From the NCBI GenBank assembly GCA_026129545.1, contig JAHCHX010000005.1, forward strand, positions 49,502 to 113,501: a stretch of 64,000 nucleotides of DNA, written 5' to 3'. A program made the position numbers and the translations under genes. Origin of the DNA: Saprospiraceae bacterium. Its GTDB lineage: Bacteria > Bacteroidota > Bacteroidia > Chitinophagales > Saprospiraceae. How positions within the stretch are numbered: the first letter of the stretch is position 1; the number at the start of each line of letters is the position of its first letter. This document shows positions 1 to 9,364 of the stretch, one piece after another. The notes under the pieces were generated by a model. That model ran no database searches. It was not told the origin of the DNA and worked only from the letters and a program-made list of their open reading frames with translations.

Positions 1-467
1 CCAAAGAAATGAAAATTGCTATGGTGATTGCCTTGCTGCATCCGTTTTTGATTTTAGTAGGAACAGCTCTTTCAAGTTTTTTATATGCAGGTAATCCAAC
101 TGAGTATGCAGCTTGGCTCAACAATCCAGGCTATCATGGATTTAGTGAAATGCTCTATGAATTTACTTCAGCCAGTGCTAACAACGGAAGCGGTTTTGAA
201 GGATTGGGAGACAATACACCATTTTGGAATATCGCTTGTGGTTTGGTGATGTTATTAGCTCGATACCTGCCTATCATAGGCCCTGTTGCCATTGCAGGAA
301 TTTTGGCAAGCAAAAAATACATTCCTGAAAGCAGTGGAACACTCAAAACAGACACTTCAACCTTTGGCTTAATGGTGTTTGCGGTAATTGCGATTGTTGC
401 TGCATTGGCATTTTTCCCTGCCTTGACATTAGGCCCGATTGCAGAATATTTCTCAATGATTAAATAA
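1..467 (+). CDS. kdpA: K+-transporting ATPase subunit KdpA, C-terminal part (gene begins upstream of window)
   Basis: Frame open to the window edge. Polytopic membrane sequence (...[21 protein letters not shown]...TLGPIAEYF) recalled as the KdpA C-terminus. kdpB starts 9 nt downstream. Confidence 0.85.
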   Translation, partial: KEMKIAMVIALLHPFLILVGTALSSFLYAGNPTEYAAWLNNPGYHGFSEMLYEFTSASANNGSGFEGLGDNTPFWNIACGLVMLLARYLPIIGPVAIAGILASKKYIPESSGTLKTDTSTFGLMVFAVIAIVAALAFFPALTLGPIAEYFSMIK

Positions 468-475
468 TTCAGAAA

Positions 476-2485
476 ATGACAAAAAATACATCGCTATTTC
501 AAAAAGACTTAATGCAAGAAGCATTCAAGCAGTCGTTCGTGAAATTAAATCCGAAAATCATGTTCCGCAATCCTGTAATGTTTACAGTTGAAATAGGGAC
601 AGCAGTTATGTTCTTTGTTTGTATTTGGATATTGCTTGGAGAACAAACGCAAGGCAGTTTTGCCTATAACTTCATTGTGTTTTTAGTGCTTTTGCTCACT
701 TTGTTGTTTGCAAACTTTGCAGAAGCAATAGCCGAAGCAAGGGGAAAAGCACAAGCAGACAGTTTACGCAAAACAAGAGAAGAAACTCCGGCTAAATTGA
801 AAAGTGGTGAAACCGTTTCATCATCCCAACTAAAAAAAGGTGATTTATTCGTTTGCGAAGCAGGAGACATCATTCCAATGGATGGAGAAATTGTGGAAGG
901 CTTGGCAACTATTGATGAAAGTGCCATTACAGGAGAAAGTGCCCCGGTAATTCGTGAAGCAGGTGGCGATAAAAGTTCCGTAACAGGTGGTACAAAAGTG
1001 CTATCCGATAGAATAACCGTAAAAGTAAATACCGAACAAGGCGAAAGTTTTTTGGATAAAATGATTGCTTTGGTAGAAGGTGCAAGCAGACAAAAGACAC
1101 CCAACGAAATTGCATTAACCATTCTCTTAGCAGGTTTTACTTTGGTATTCATTATTGTTACAGTTACGCTAAAACCTTTTGCAGATTATGCAAACACTCC
1201 AATCACCATTGCCGCTTTCATTTCATTATTTGTTTGCTTAATTCCCACAACTATTGGCGGTTTACTTTCTGCTATTGGCATAGCCGGAATGGACAGAGCT
1301 TTACGGGCTAATGTAATTACCAAAAGTGGTAAAGCAGTAGAAACAGCAGGTGATATTGATGTTTTGCTGTTAGACAAAACAGGAACGATTACAATTGGCA
1401 ATCGAAAAGCTACCAATTTTTATCCAGCCAACGGAATTGATGAAAAGCACTTTGTTAAATGTGTAGTGCTAAGTTCGATGAGTGATGAAACACCCGAAGG
1501 AAAATCCATCATCGAATTAGCTAAAGTAAATCCGCTGAGTTTTAAAATTGAAAATCCACGTTTCATAAAGTTTACAGCCGAGACGAGAAGCAGCGGAATT
1601 GATTTTGAAAATACAAGAATTAGAAAAGGAGCTTCTGATGCTATCAAAAATCTATCAGAAAACGCAGGAAATAGTTTTCCTGCTGAAACAGCCGAGCAAG
1701 TTAAAATCATTTCAAGTAATGGTGGTACGCCTTTAGTAGTTTCTGAAAACGAAAAGGTAATTGGGGTAATTGAGTTGCAAGACATCATTAAACCAGGTAT
1801 TCAGGAACGTTTTGAACGTTTGCGAAAAATGGGAATTAAAACCGTGATGGTTACAGGTGATAATCCACTGACAGCAAAATTTATAGCTGAAAAAGCAGGC
1901 GTTGATGATTTTATTGCTGAAGCCAAGCCCGAAGACAAAATGAATTATATCAAAAAAGAACAGGCAGAAGGGCGTTTGGTGGCCATGATGGGTGACGGCA
2001 CCAATGATGCACCTGCACTGGCTCAGGCAGATGTGGGCGTAGCAATGAACAGCGGAACTCAAGCAGCCAAAGAAGCTGGTAATATGGTGGATTTGGACAA
2101 CGACCCTACCAAATTGATTGAAGTGGTTGAAATCGGTAAACAACTTTTAATGACAAGGGGCACACTCACCACTTTCAGTATAGCCAATGATGTGGCGAAA
2201 TACTTTGCCATCATTCCTGCACTTTTCATAGTCGCTATTCCATCATTGCAAGGGTTGAATATTATGAATTTGCATAGCCCCGAAAGTGCCATTCTTTCAG
2301 CCGTAATTTTCAATGCCATCATCATTCCAATGCTTATTCCATTGGCGTTGAAAGGTGTTGAGTATAAACCCATCGGTGCAAGTGCATTGCTTCGCAGGAA
2401 CTTGCTTATTTATGGTCTTGGTGGTGTAATCATTCCATTTATCGGTATTAAAGCTATTGACCTTTTAGTTTCATTATTCATCTAA
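476..2485 (+). CDS. kdpB: K+-transporting P-type ATPase subunit KdpB
   Basis: 669 aa with the DKTGTIT phosphorylation motif, [10 protein letters not shown] and the [16 protein letters not shown] hinge. Lies between kdpA and kdpC. Confidence 0.97.
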   Translation: MTKNTSLFQKDLMQEAFKQSFVKLNPKIMFRNPVMFTVEIGTAVMFFVCIWILLGEQTQGSFAYNFIVFLVLLLTLLFANFAEAIAEARGKAQADSLRKTREETPAKLKSGETVSSSQLKKGDLFVCEAGDIIPMDGEIVEGLATIDESAITGESAPVIREAGGDKSSVTGGTKVLSDRITVKVNTEQGESFLDKMIALVEGASRQKTPNEIALTILLAGFTLVFIIVTVTLKPFADYANTPITIAAFISLFVCLIPTTIGGLLSAIGIAGMDRALRANVITKSGKAVETAGDIDVLLLDKTGTITIGNRKATNFYPANGIDEKHFVKCVVLSSMSDETPEGKSIIELAKVNPLSFKIENPRFIKFTAETRSSGIDFENTRIRKGASDAIKNLSENAGNSFPAETAEQVKIISSNGGTPLVVSENEKVIGVIELQDIIKPGIQERFERLRKMGIKTVMVTGDNPLTAKFIAEKAGVDDFIAEAKPEDKMNYIKKEQAEGRLVAMMGDGTNDAPALAQADVGVAMNSGTQAAKEAGNMVDLDNDPTKLIEVVEIGKQLLMTRGTLTTFSIANDVAKYFAIIPALFIVAIPSLQGLNIMNLHSPESAILSAVIFNAIIIPMLIPLALKGVEYKPIGASALLRRNLLIYGLGGVIIPFIGIKAIDLLVSLFI

Positions 2486-2497
2486 AAAATTAAGACA

Positions 2498-3049
2498 ATG
2501 AGAAATAATCTAATACCAGCCATTCGCTTGACACTCGTTTGTTTATTGTTCTTTTGTGGCATCTACACACTTGCTGTATTTGGCATTTCAAAACTTGCAC
2601 CTGAGAATAGTTCTTTTAAGAAAAGCAAATCAGGTTTCTATGAAAATGTCGGACAAAGTTTTACCAGCGACAAATACTTTAATTCCCGACCTTCCGCAGT
2701 AGGATACAATGCAGCAGGTTCAGGTGGAAGTAATAAAGGGCCATCAAATTCTGACTACTTAGATGAAGTACAAGCACGAATAGACACTTTTTTAGTACAC
2801 AATCCCGACATAAAAAAGGATGATATACCTTCTGATTTAGTAACTGCAAGCGGCAGCGGAATTGACCCCAATATTTCCGTTCAGGCTGCAAAAGTGCAAG
2901 TAAAACGGATAGCAAAAGTTCGCAATATCAGCGAAACAACTATCAATCAAATCATTGAACAACAAACAGAAAAACCCTTGCTTGGCTTATTTGGTACCGA
3001 GAAAATCAATGTACTGAAATTGAACCTTGCATTGGATGATTTAAAATAA
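2498..3049 (+). CDS. kdpC: K+-transporting ATPase subunit KdpC
   Basis: 183 aa, one N-terminal TM helix, conserved ...VTASGSGIDPNIS... segment. Starts 12 nt after kdpB. Confidence 0.9.
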   Translation: MRNNLIPAIRLTLVCLLFFCGIYTLAVFGISKLAPENSSFKKSKSGFYENVGQSFTSDKYFNSRPSAVGYNAAGSGGSNKGPSNSDYLDEVQARIDTFLVHNPDIKKDDIPSDLVTASGSGIDPNISVQAAKVQVKRIAKVRNISETTINQIIEQQTEKPLLGLFGTEKINVLKLNLALDDLK

Positions 3050-3054
3050 ACAAG

Positions 3055-4131
3055 ATGAAAAAGACCTTTTTAGCAATACTATCAATTATCGCATTGAACA
3101 GTTTTGCACAAACCGACAGCACAAAAAATCCAATTTCAATAAGTGGCTACATTGAAACCTATTATAGTTATGATTTTGCCAATCCATCAGATCATAACCG
3201 CCCTGGTTTTGTGTACTCACACAACAGACACAATGAAGTAAATCTGAATTTAGGTTTCATAAAGGCTGCTTATGCAACCGATAAAGTAAGAGCCAATTTG
3301 GCTCTGATGGCAGGAACTTATGCCAACGCAAACCTTGCAGCCGAACCCGGAGTTTTGAAAAATATATTTGAAGCTAATGCAGGAATAAAAATATCAAAGA
3401 AGAAAAACTTGTGGGTAGATGCGGGTATATTTGCATCACATATTGGTTTTGAAAGTGCAATCGGAAAAGACTGTTGGAATTTAACAAGAAGTATTTTGGC
3501 TGATAACTCGCCCTATTACGAAAGTGGCGTTAAAGTATCATACACCACCGACAATGATAAGTGGTTTTTAAGCGGATTAATTTTGAACGGTTGGCAACGC
3601 ATCCAAAGAGTAAACGGCAACAATACGCCTGCATTTGGACATCAACTTACATTCAAACCCAATTCAAAAGTTACATTAAATAGCAGTTCATTTGTGGGTA
3701 GCGACACTCCGGACAGCACAAGGCAAATGCGATACTTTCATAATTTCTACGGCCAATTTCAATTAACTGAAAAATTTGGGATGATACTTGGCTTTGACAT
3801 CGGAGCACAACAAAAGAATAAAAACAGTAACGACTACAATACTTGGTATTCGCCTGTTTTAATAGTGAAATATGCACCTTCTGAAAAGATTAGTATCGCT
3901 GCACGGGGTGAATATTACTCTGACGCTAATGGTGTAATTATTAGCACAGGAACACTCAATGGATTTCAAACCTACGGCTATTCATTAAACCTTGACTACC
4001 AAATTATAAATAATGTGGTTTGGAGAATTGAAGGCAGGGGCTTTACAAGTAAGGATAAAATATTTACCTTAAACGACAATCAAAGTTCTCAAAATTATTT
4101 TCTGACAACTGCATTAGCAATTTCGTTTTAA
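3055..4131 (+). CDS. Outer-membrane porin associated with the kdp operon
   Basis: 358 aa, signal peptide MKKTFLAILSIIALNSFAQ, alternating beta-strand pattern, C-terminal F. From memory, a porin gene often sits at this position in Bacteroidota kdp operons. Confidence 0.6.
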   Translation: MKKTFLAILSIIALNSFAQTDSTKNPISISGYIETYYSYDFANPSDHNRPGFVYSHNRHNEVNLNLGFIKAAYATDKVRANLALMAGTYANANLAAEPGVLKNIFEANAGIKISKKKNLWVDAGIFASHIGFESAIGKDCWNLTRSILADNSPYYESGVKVSYTTDNDKWFLSGLILNGWQRIQRVNGNNTPAFGHQLTFKPNSKVTLNSSSFVGSDTPDSTRQMRYFHNFYGQFQLTEKFGMILGFDIGAQQKNKNSNDYNTWYSPVLIVKYAPSEKISIAARGEYYSDANGVIISTGTLNGFQTYGYSLNLDYQIINNVVWRIEGRGFTSKDKIFTLNDNQSSQNYFLTTALAISF

Positions 4132-5256
4132 ATGAGTGATAAAGATAAAACTGTTCAGCATTTTCTTGACCTGATTAAAAAGTCAAGACGTGGAAAGTTT
4201 AAAGTTTACATTGGAATGAGTGCGGGTGTAGGCAAAACTTTCCGCATGTTGCAGGAAGCCCGAACATTGCTCAAAAATGGCATTGATGTGAAGATTGGTT
4301 TTATTGAAACCCACAACAGAAAAGAAACCCACGAACTTTTAGAAGGCCTGCCTATCATCCCCCGTAGGAAACTATTTTACAAGGGCAAGGAATTGGAAGA
4401 AATGGACGTTCAGGCAATTATCAATCTTCGCCCCGAAGTGGTCATCGTTGACGAGTTAGCACATACCAATATAGAAGGCAGCAAAAACGAAAAACGTTGG
4501 CAGGATGTTTTAGACATTCTTTCGGCAGGCATCAATGTAATCTCAGCAATTAATATTCAACACATTGAGAGTTTGAATGAAGAAGTAAAAGAAATTACAG
4601 GAGTCGAAGTAAAAGAAAGAGTTCCTGATAGTGTATTGGCTCAGGCAGATGAAGTTGTAAATATTGACTTAACCGCTGATGAATTAATTACCAGATTGAA
4701 GGAAGGTAAAATATACCAAGCCGAAAAAATTGAGACAGCACTTCAAAACTTCTTTAAAAGCGACCATATTCTACAACTTAGAGAACTTGCATTAAAAGAA
4801 GTCGCTTCACAGGTTGAAAGAAAGGTGGAAACTGAAGTAACCAAACCAAATACGCTAAAACATGAACGATTTTTGGCTTGCATAAGTAGCAATGAAAAAA
4901 CGGCAAAAACAGTAATTCGCAAAACGGCTCGATTGGCAAATTACTATCATAGCAAATGGTATGTTTTATACGTCCAAACTCCCAACGAAAGTCCCGACAA
5001 AATTCCACTTGACAAACAACGGCACTTAATCAACAACTTTAAACTGGCAACTGAATTGGGAGCAGAAATAATCAAAGTAGAAAGCAACACAGTTTCGAAA
5101 GCAATAATTGAACAAGCAACCGAACGAAAAATAACAACAATATGCGTTGGTAAGCCACACTTAAATTTGTTGAAAATTATTTTGGCAACAAACGTATTTA
5201 ATGAACTTCTTAAAAAACTTTCTTCAAACGATATTGATTTAGTTATATTAAGCTAA
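4132..5256 (+). CDS. kdpD: KdpD N-terminal sensor domain plus USP-like domain (split KdpD, no kinase core)
   Basis: 374 aa with P-loop GMSAGVGKTF, VDELAHTN, KRWQDV and NIQHIESLN as in the KdpD N-domain. Start abuts the porin stop. Confidence 0.85.
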   Translation: MSDKDKTVQHFLDLIKKSRRGKFKVYIGMSAGVGKTFRMLQEARTLLKNGIDVKIGFIETHNRKETHELLEGLPIIPRRKLFYKGKELEEMDVQAIINLRPEVVIVDELAHTNIEGSKNEKRWQDVLDILSAGINVISAINIQHIESLNEEVKEITGVEVKERVPDSVLAQADEVVNIDLTADELITRLKEGKIYQAEKIETALQNFFKSDHILQLRELALKEVASQVERKVETEVTKPNTLKHERFLACISSNEKTAKTVIRKTARLANYYHSKWYVLYVQTPNESPDKIPLDKQRHLINNFKLATELGAEIIKVESNTVSKAIIEQATERKITTICVGKPHLNLLKIILATNVFNELLKKLSSNDIDLVILS

Positions 5257-5336
5257 AAAATGAGACCATTTGGGAAATAGGTAAATAAAGTCTTAATGAA
5301 TCTCAACTTCTTAATGGTTTAAACATAAATGAAACT

Positions 5337-7064
5337 ATGCGTATTAAAACAAAACTGACTTTGGGTGTAGGTCTTTTGTTCCTGCTAATAATTCTGCTAA
5401 GTATCGTTGGTGCTAAATACATCAATGAATTGAAAGCCGATACCGAAAATATTCTAGTGGCAAATTACAACTCCTTAGAATATAGCCGAAACATGCTCCT
5501 TGCTTTGGACGAAAGTTCAGAAAAAGCATTGCATAAATTTGACATTAATCTCCAAAATCAGGAGAAAAACATCACGGAAATTGGAGAAAAAGAAACCACT
5601 TCAGAAATCAGAAACAACTTTGAACAATATAAATCAAACAAATTTGATAGCTCATTTCAAGCCAGCATCAGGAAAGATATTTTTCGTCTCATGGATATGA
5701 ACATGCAGGCTATACAGCGAAAAAGTGAAGTTGCTAAAGCAACTGCGGATAAGGCAGTATTTTGGATAGCCATTACCGGAACAATGTGCTTTTTAATAGC
5801 TTTTGTTTTGTTGGTTAATCTACCTTCAAACATTGCCAATCCAATAAAAGAACTTACTGAAAGTATTAAGCAAATTGCAGCAAAAAACTATTCCGAAAGG
5901 GTACATTTTGAAAGCCACAGCGAGTTTGGACAATTGGCAAAGTCGTTCAATACAATGGCTGAAAAATTAGAAGAATACAACAATAGTAACTTGGCAAAAT
6001 TGATGATGGAAAAGCGAAGAATTGAAGCCCTCATCAACAATATGCATGATCCTGTAATTGGGCTAGATGAAAACTTAAAAGTCATTTTTGCTAATGAAGA
6101 AGCTATAAAAATATCGGGGGTAACGCATACTGAATTGATTGGCAAATTGGCTCAGGAATTGGCTGTCAAAAACGACTTAATTCGTTCTCTTATTCAAGAC
6201 CTAATGATTGGTGAAACGGACAACGGACATAAACAAGAACCTATCAAAATATTTTCAGAAAATAAAGAAAGCTATTTTGAAAAAGAAACCTTGCATATCT
6301 CAATTACGCCAACAGGCGAAGCAAATTCAAGATTAGTAGGTCATGTAATTTTCTTGCGAAATGTAACCACATACAAGGAATTAGATTTTGCCAAGACAAA
6401 TTTTATTGCAACTGTTTCGCATGAGTTAAAAACCCCTATTTCTTCCATTAAAATGAGTTTGCAATTGTTGGAAAACGAACAAATTGGAAAGCTGAACGAT
6501 GAACAAAAAAATCTCATTGACAGCATAAAAGATGATGCAAGCCGACTATTGAGAATAACAGGAGAACTGCTAAACATGACACAGGTTGAAAGCGGTAATA
6601 TCCAACTTTCGATTTTACCATCAGACCCAAAAGAAATATTATTATATGCCATCAATGCTACAAAAACACAGGCAGACCAAAAACAGATAAATTTTGAGAT
6701 TAATTGTCCTGACAACATTTCCAAAATTCAGGCCGACAACGAAAAAACAGCTTGGGTATTAACTAATCTAATTTCTAATGCAATCAGATATTCATACGAC
6801 AACGCAACTATTTATTTGGCAATTCAGCAGACATCCAATCAAGTTCAAATTTCTGTTAGGGACACTGGACAAGGCATAGCACCACAGTACAAAGACAAAA
6901 TTTTTGACCGTTACTTTCGAGTGCCCGGGACAAAAAATGAAGGCACAGGACTTGGACTAGCCATAAGCAAAGAATTTATAGAAGCTCAAAGCGGACGAAT
7001 TACTGTTGATAGTGAATTTGGAGCAGGAAGTACGTTTACTTTGACACTTAACAAAGCAATATAA
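5337..7064 (+). CDS. Sensor histidine kinase (TM-HAMP-PAS-HisKA-HATPase)
   Basis: 575 aa with H-box SHELKTPISS, N-box LISNAIRYS, DTGQGI and GTGLGLAIS. Confidence 0.88.
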   Translation: MRIKTKLTLGVGLLFLLIILLSIVGAKYINELKADTENILVANYNSLEYSRNMLLALDESSEKALHKFDINLQNQEKNITEIGEKETTSEIRNNFEQYKSNKFDSSFQASIRKDIFRLMDMNMQAIQRKSEVAKATADKAVFWIAITGTMCFLIAFVLLVNLPSNIANPIKELTESIKQIAAKNYSERVHFESHSEFGQLAKSFNTMAEKLEEYNNSNLAKLMMEKRRIEALINNMHDPVIGLDENLKVIFANEEAIKISGVTHTELIGKLAQELAVKNDLIRSLIQDLMIGETDNGHKQEPIKIFSENKESYFEKETLHISITPTGEANSRLVGHVIFLRNVTTYKELDFAKTNFIATVSHELKTPISSIKMSLQLLENEQIGKLNDEQKNLIDSIKDDASRLLRITGELLNMTQVESGNIQLSILPSDPKEILLYAINATKTQADQKQINFEINCPDNISKIQADNEKTAWVLTNLISNAIRYSYDNATIYLAIQQTSNQVQISVRDTGQGIAPQYKDKIFDRYFRVPGTKNEGTGLGLAISKEFIEAQSGRITVDSEFGAGSTFTLTLNKAI

Positions 7065-7345
7065 GACATCAACGCACACTTGCAAGCACATTGCCAAAGC
7101 CGCACAAGCCAAAGCACAAACCAAAGCTTTGTCAAAGAACTTGCAAGTCGCCAACCACAGACAAAAACTTAAAAAAATCCCTACCTTCTGAAATAAAAAA
7201 TACTCCAATGCACAAGCCGACAGATAAGTTATTCGACATATTTATAACATAGAATAAGTCCATAACATACTGACAAACAAGCGACTGAAAAGAACGCCAG
7301 CACCTAACAGCAGTTTTGCGTAATGGGGGTTAACGTGTAAATATT

Positions 7346-8816
7346 GTAAAAACTTAGGCATACAACCCAATTCAATGTAAAACTGTTTTAGCGAACAAAT
7401 CCGGTTGATGGAGTTATCGAATGACATATCGGTATTGAAGGATTTGGTCACGGCCTTGCTTGCGAAGGTGGAGGCACTGGAATCCGAGAACGCCGCCCTT
7501 CGGGCGGAGAATGCCGAATTGCGTTCGCGCCTGAAGTTGAACAGCAAGAACAGTCACAAGCCGCCGTCGTCAGATGGTTTGTCCAAGAAACCGGGCCTTC
7601 CCAAAGAGCCGCCCAAAAAGAGCGGCGGCCAGTTTGGGCACAAAGGCAAGACGCTCAAGATGGTGGACAAGGCGGACCACGTTGTGGTGCACCATGCTCC
7701 GTGCTGCCCCTGCTGCTCGAGGGTTTTTTCCCCTGCCGACGTGGTTGAGGTGGTTCAAAAGCGCCAGGTGTTCGATATTCCCACACCCCGCATGGAGGTC
7801 ACGGAGCACCAGTTGGGCGTGGCGGTCTGTTGTGGCAGGCAGCATTGGGGCAGTTTTCCGCCCGAGGTAGGCCAGCCTGTGCAGTACGGTTCCCGGATCA
7901 AGGCCCTGAGCGTCCTGTTGAACAACGACTACAAACTGCCGCTGGAGAAAATCGAGCAACTCATGGGCGACCTGTGGGGCTGTTCGTTCAACGAAAGCAC
8001 CGCCCTGACGGCCAACGCTGGCATGTGCCAAGCCCTCGAGCCGATTGAGGAACAAATCAAAACGGCGGTTTTGGCCTCCGATGTGGTTCATTTTGATGAA
8101 ACGGGCATGCGGGTGGAGAAAAAACTCCACTGGTTCCATGTCGCCTCCACCGCGTGGTTCACCTACCTGTTCGTCCATAAAAAACGGGGCAGGGAGGCGC
8201 TGGAGAGCGAGGGTTCGCTGCTCAAGGATTTTCAGAGCCGAGCCGTGCACGACTGCTGGGAGCCTTATTTCGGCTTCAAGCAGTGCCAACATGCGCTGTG
8301 CGGCGCCCACCTGCTGCGCGAACTGACCCACCTGATGGAAAACGGCTCCAAATGGGCAACCCAGATGCACCGGTTCCTGCTCGACCTTTATCGTGACAGC
8401 CAAAAAGCGCTCGCCATCGTGGCCGACAGGCAGTGTTGGGAGCGGGAGTTCCGGCATATCTGCCAGTTGGCCGACCGGGAAGAACCGCCGCCCAAGCAGG
8501 GCAAGAGAGGCAAGCCCAAGAACTCAAAAGGCCGAAACCTGCTCAACCGCCTGCTCGAACACCAGGACAGGTGGCTTGCCTTTGCCTTTGTCGAAGGCGT
8601 CCCGTTTTCCAACAATCAGGCCGAGCGCGACATCCGCTGCCTGAAAACCAAGCAGAAGGTGGCCACCAATTTCCAGACCTTCAAAGGTGCGCAGCACCAT
8701 GCGCGCATCCAATCCTTCACCTCAACCCTTCGCAAACATTCAATGAACGTGTTCCAGAACCTGATTCATGCTTTTGATAGAAATCCTATCGTCTTTCAGG
8801 CTGGCTAAGTTTTTAC
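7346..8816 (+). mobile_element. IS66-family insertion sequence, single-ORF type, 1471 bp
   Basis: 15-bp terminal inverted repeats: GTAAAAACTTAGGCA (7346-7360) against the reverse complement of 8802-8816, GTAAAAACTTAGCCA (14/15). They bracket one transposase ORF. The GTAA terminus is typical of IS66 ends. Confidence 0.8.
7408..8808 (+). CDS. IS66-family transposase (TnpC-like)
   Basis: N-terminal leucine zipper LESENAALRAENAELRSRL, KNSHKPPSSDG, Cys cluster HHAPCCPCC, and DDE-region motifs HFDETG, HDCW, CGAHLLRE. ATG at 7408; the track ORF starts at TTG 7405. Confidence 0.93.
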   Translation: MELSNDISVLKDLVTALLAKVEALESENAALRAENAELRSRLKLNSKNSHKPPSSDGLSKKPGLPKEPPKKSGGQFGHKGKTLKMVDKADHVVVHHAPCCPCCSRVFSPADVVEVVQKRQVFDIPTPRMEVTEHQLGVAVCCGRQHWGSFPPEVGQPVQYGSRIKALSVLLNNDYKLPLEKIEQLMGDLWGCSFNESTALTANAGMCQALEPIEEQIKTAVLASDVVHFDETGMRVEKKLHWFHVASTAWFTYLFVHKKRGREALESEGSLLKDFQSRAVHDCWEPYFGFKQCQHALCGAHLLRELTHLMENGSKWATQMHRFLLDLYRDSQKALAIVADRQCWEREFRHICQLADREEPPPKQGKRGKPKNSKGRNLLNRLLEHQDRWLAFAFVEGVPFSNNQAERDIRCLKTKQKVATNFQTFKGAQHHARIQSFTSTLRKHSMNVFQNLIHAFDRNPIVFQAG

Positions 8817-9054
8817 CAAACGCAAACAACTCGCCGTCCTCATGCGAAAAAGCGGAGTTGTTCTGCGGGAAATCTATGTCCTTCATCACCGAACTGCTGT
8901 CAATCTGCAAACTGCCGTCGGAAAAAGTCAGGATACTGTGGCCGTAAATGTCACCAAACCCGGGATAGCCCAGCACCCAGGTATTGTCGTGCAGTTGGGA
9001 GAAGAGGTGTAGAGGGAGCAGCAAGCCGACTATGGCAAAAAATATCGCTTTCAT
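8817..9054 (-). pseudogene. 5' fragment of a T9SS cargo gene, truncated by the IS66 element
   Basis: ATG at 9054 gives signal peptide MKAIFFAIVGLLLPLHLFSQ plus ~78 codons homologous to the N-terminus of the 9117-10898 product. Homology stops at the IS right end (8816). Confidence 0.8.
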
Positions 9055-9364
9055 GTTCAAAAACAAAAAAGCCTGCTCGTGGCGCGGTAATGCCACGAGC
9101 AGGAGTGAGGAAAATTTTAGCGCGAAATCACAAACTTGACGGGCTGAAACGTTTGCCCGGCAGTACTGACCAAACAGAAATAAACGCCCGGCGCAAGCCT
9201 CGAAGCATCGAGCGCGAGGTTGCCGTCGGCGGTGGCGAGGCTGCGCTCCAGCATCGTCCGCCCCGAAATATCGGCGACGCGCAGGCGCACTTCCTGCTCC
9301 GCTTCCATGCCCGGCAGGTACAGTTGGAGCCGTCCGTCGGTCGGGTTGGGCCACAGCAGCACCT
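8977..9364. repeat. Junction module copy 1 (T9SS sorting domain 3' end + terminator + promoter + signal peptide)
   Basis: Near-identical to 10821-11208; I see about four substitutions in ~388 bp. Direct orientation. Confidence 0.9.
9056..9103 (-). terminator. Rho-independent terminator after the cargo gene
   Basis: Perfect 12-bp stem CCTGCTCGTGGC (9072-9083) / GCCACGAGCAGG (9092-9103) with an 8-nt loop. A T-run follows on the minus strand (9056-9070). Confidence 0.8.
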
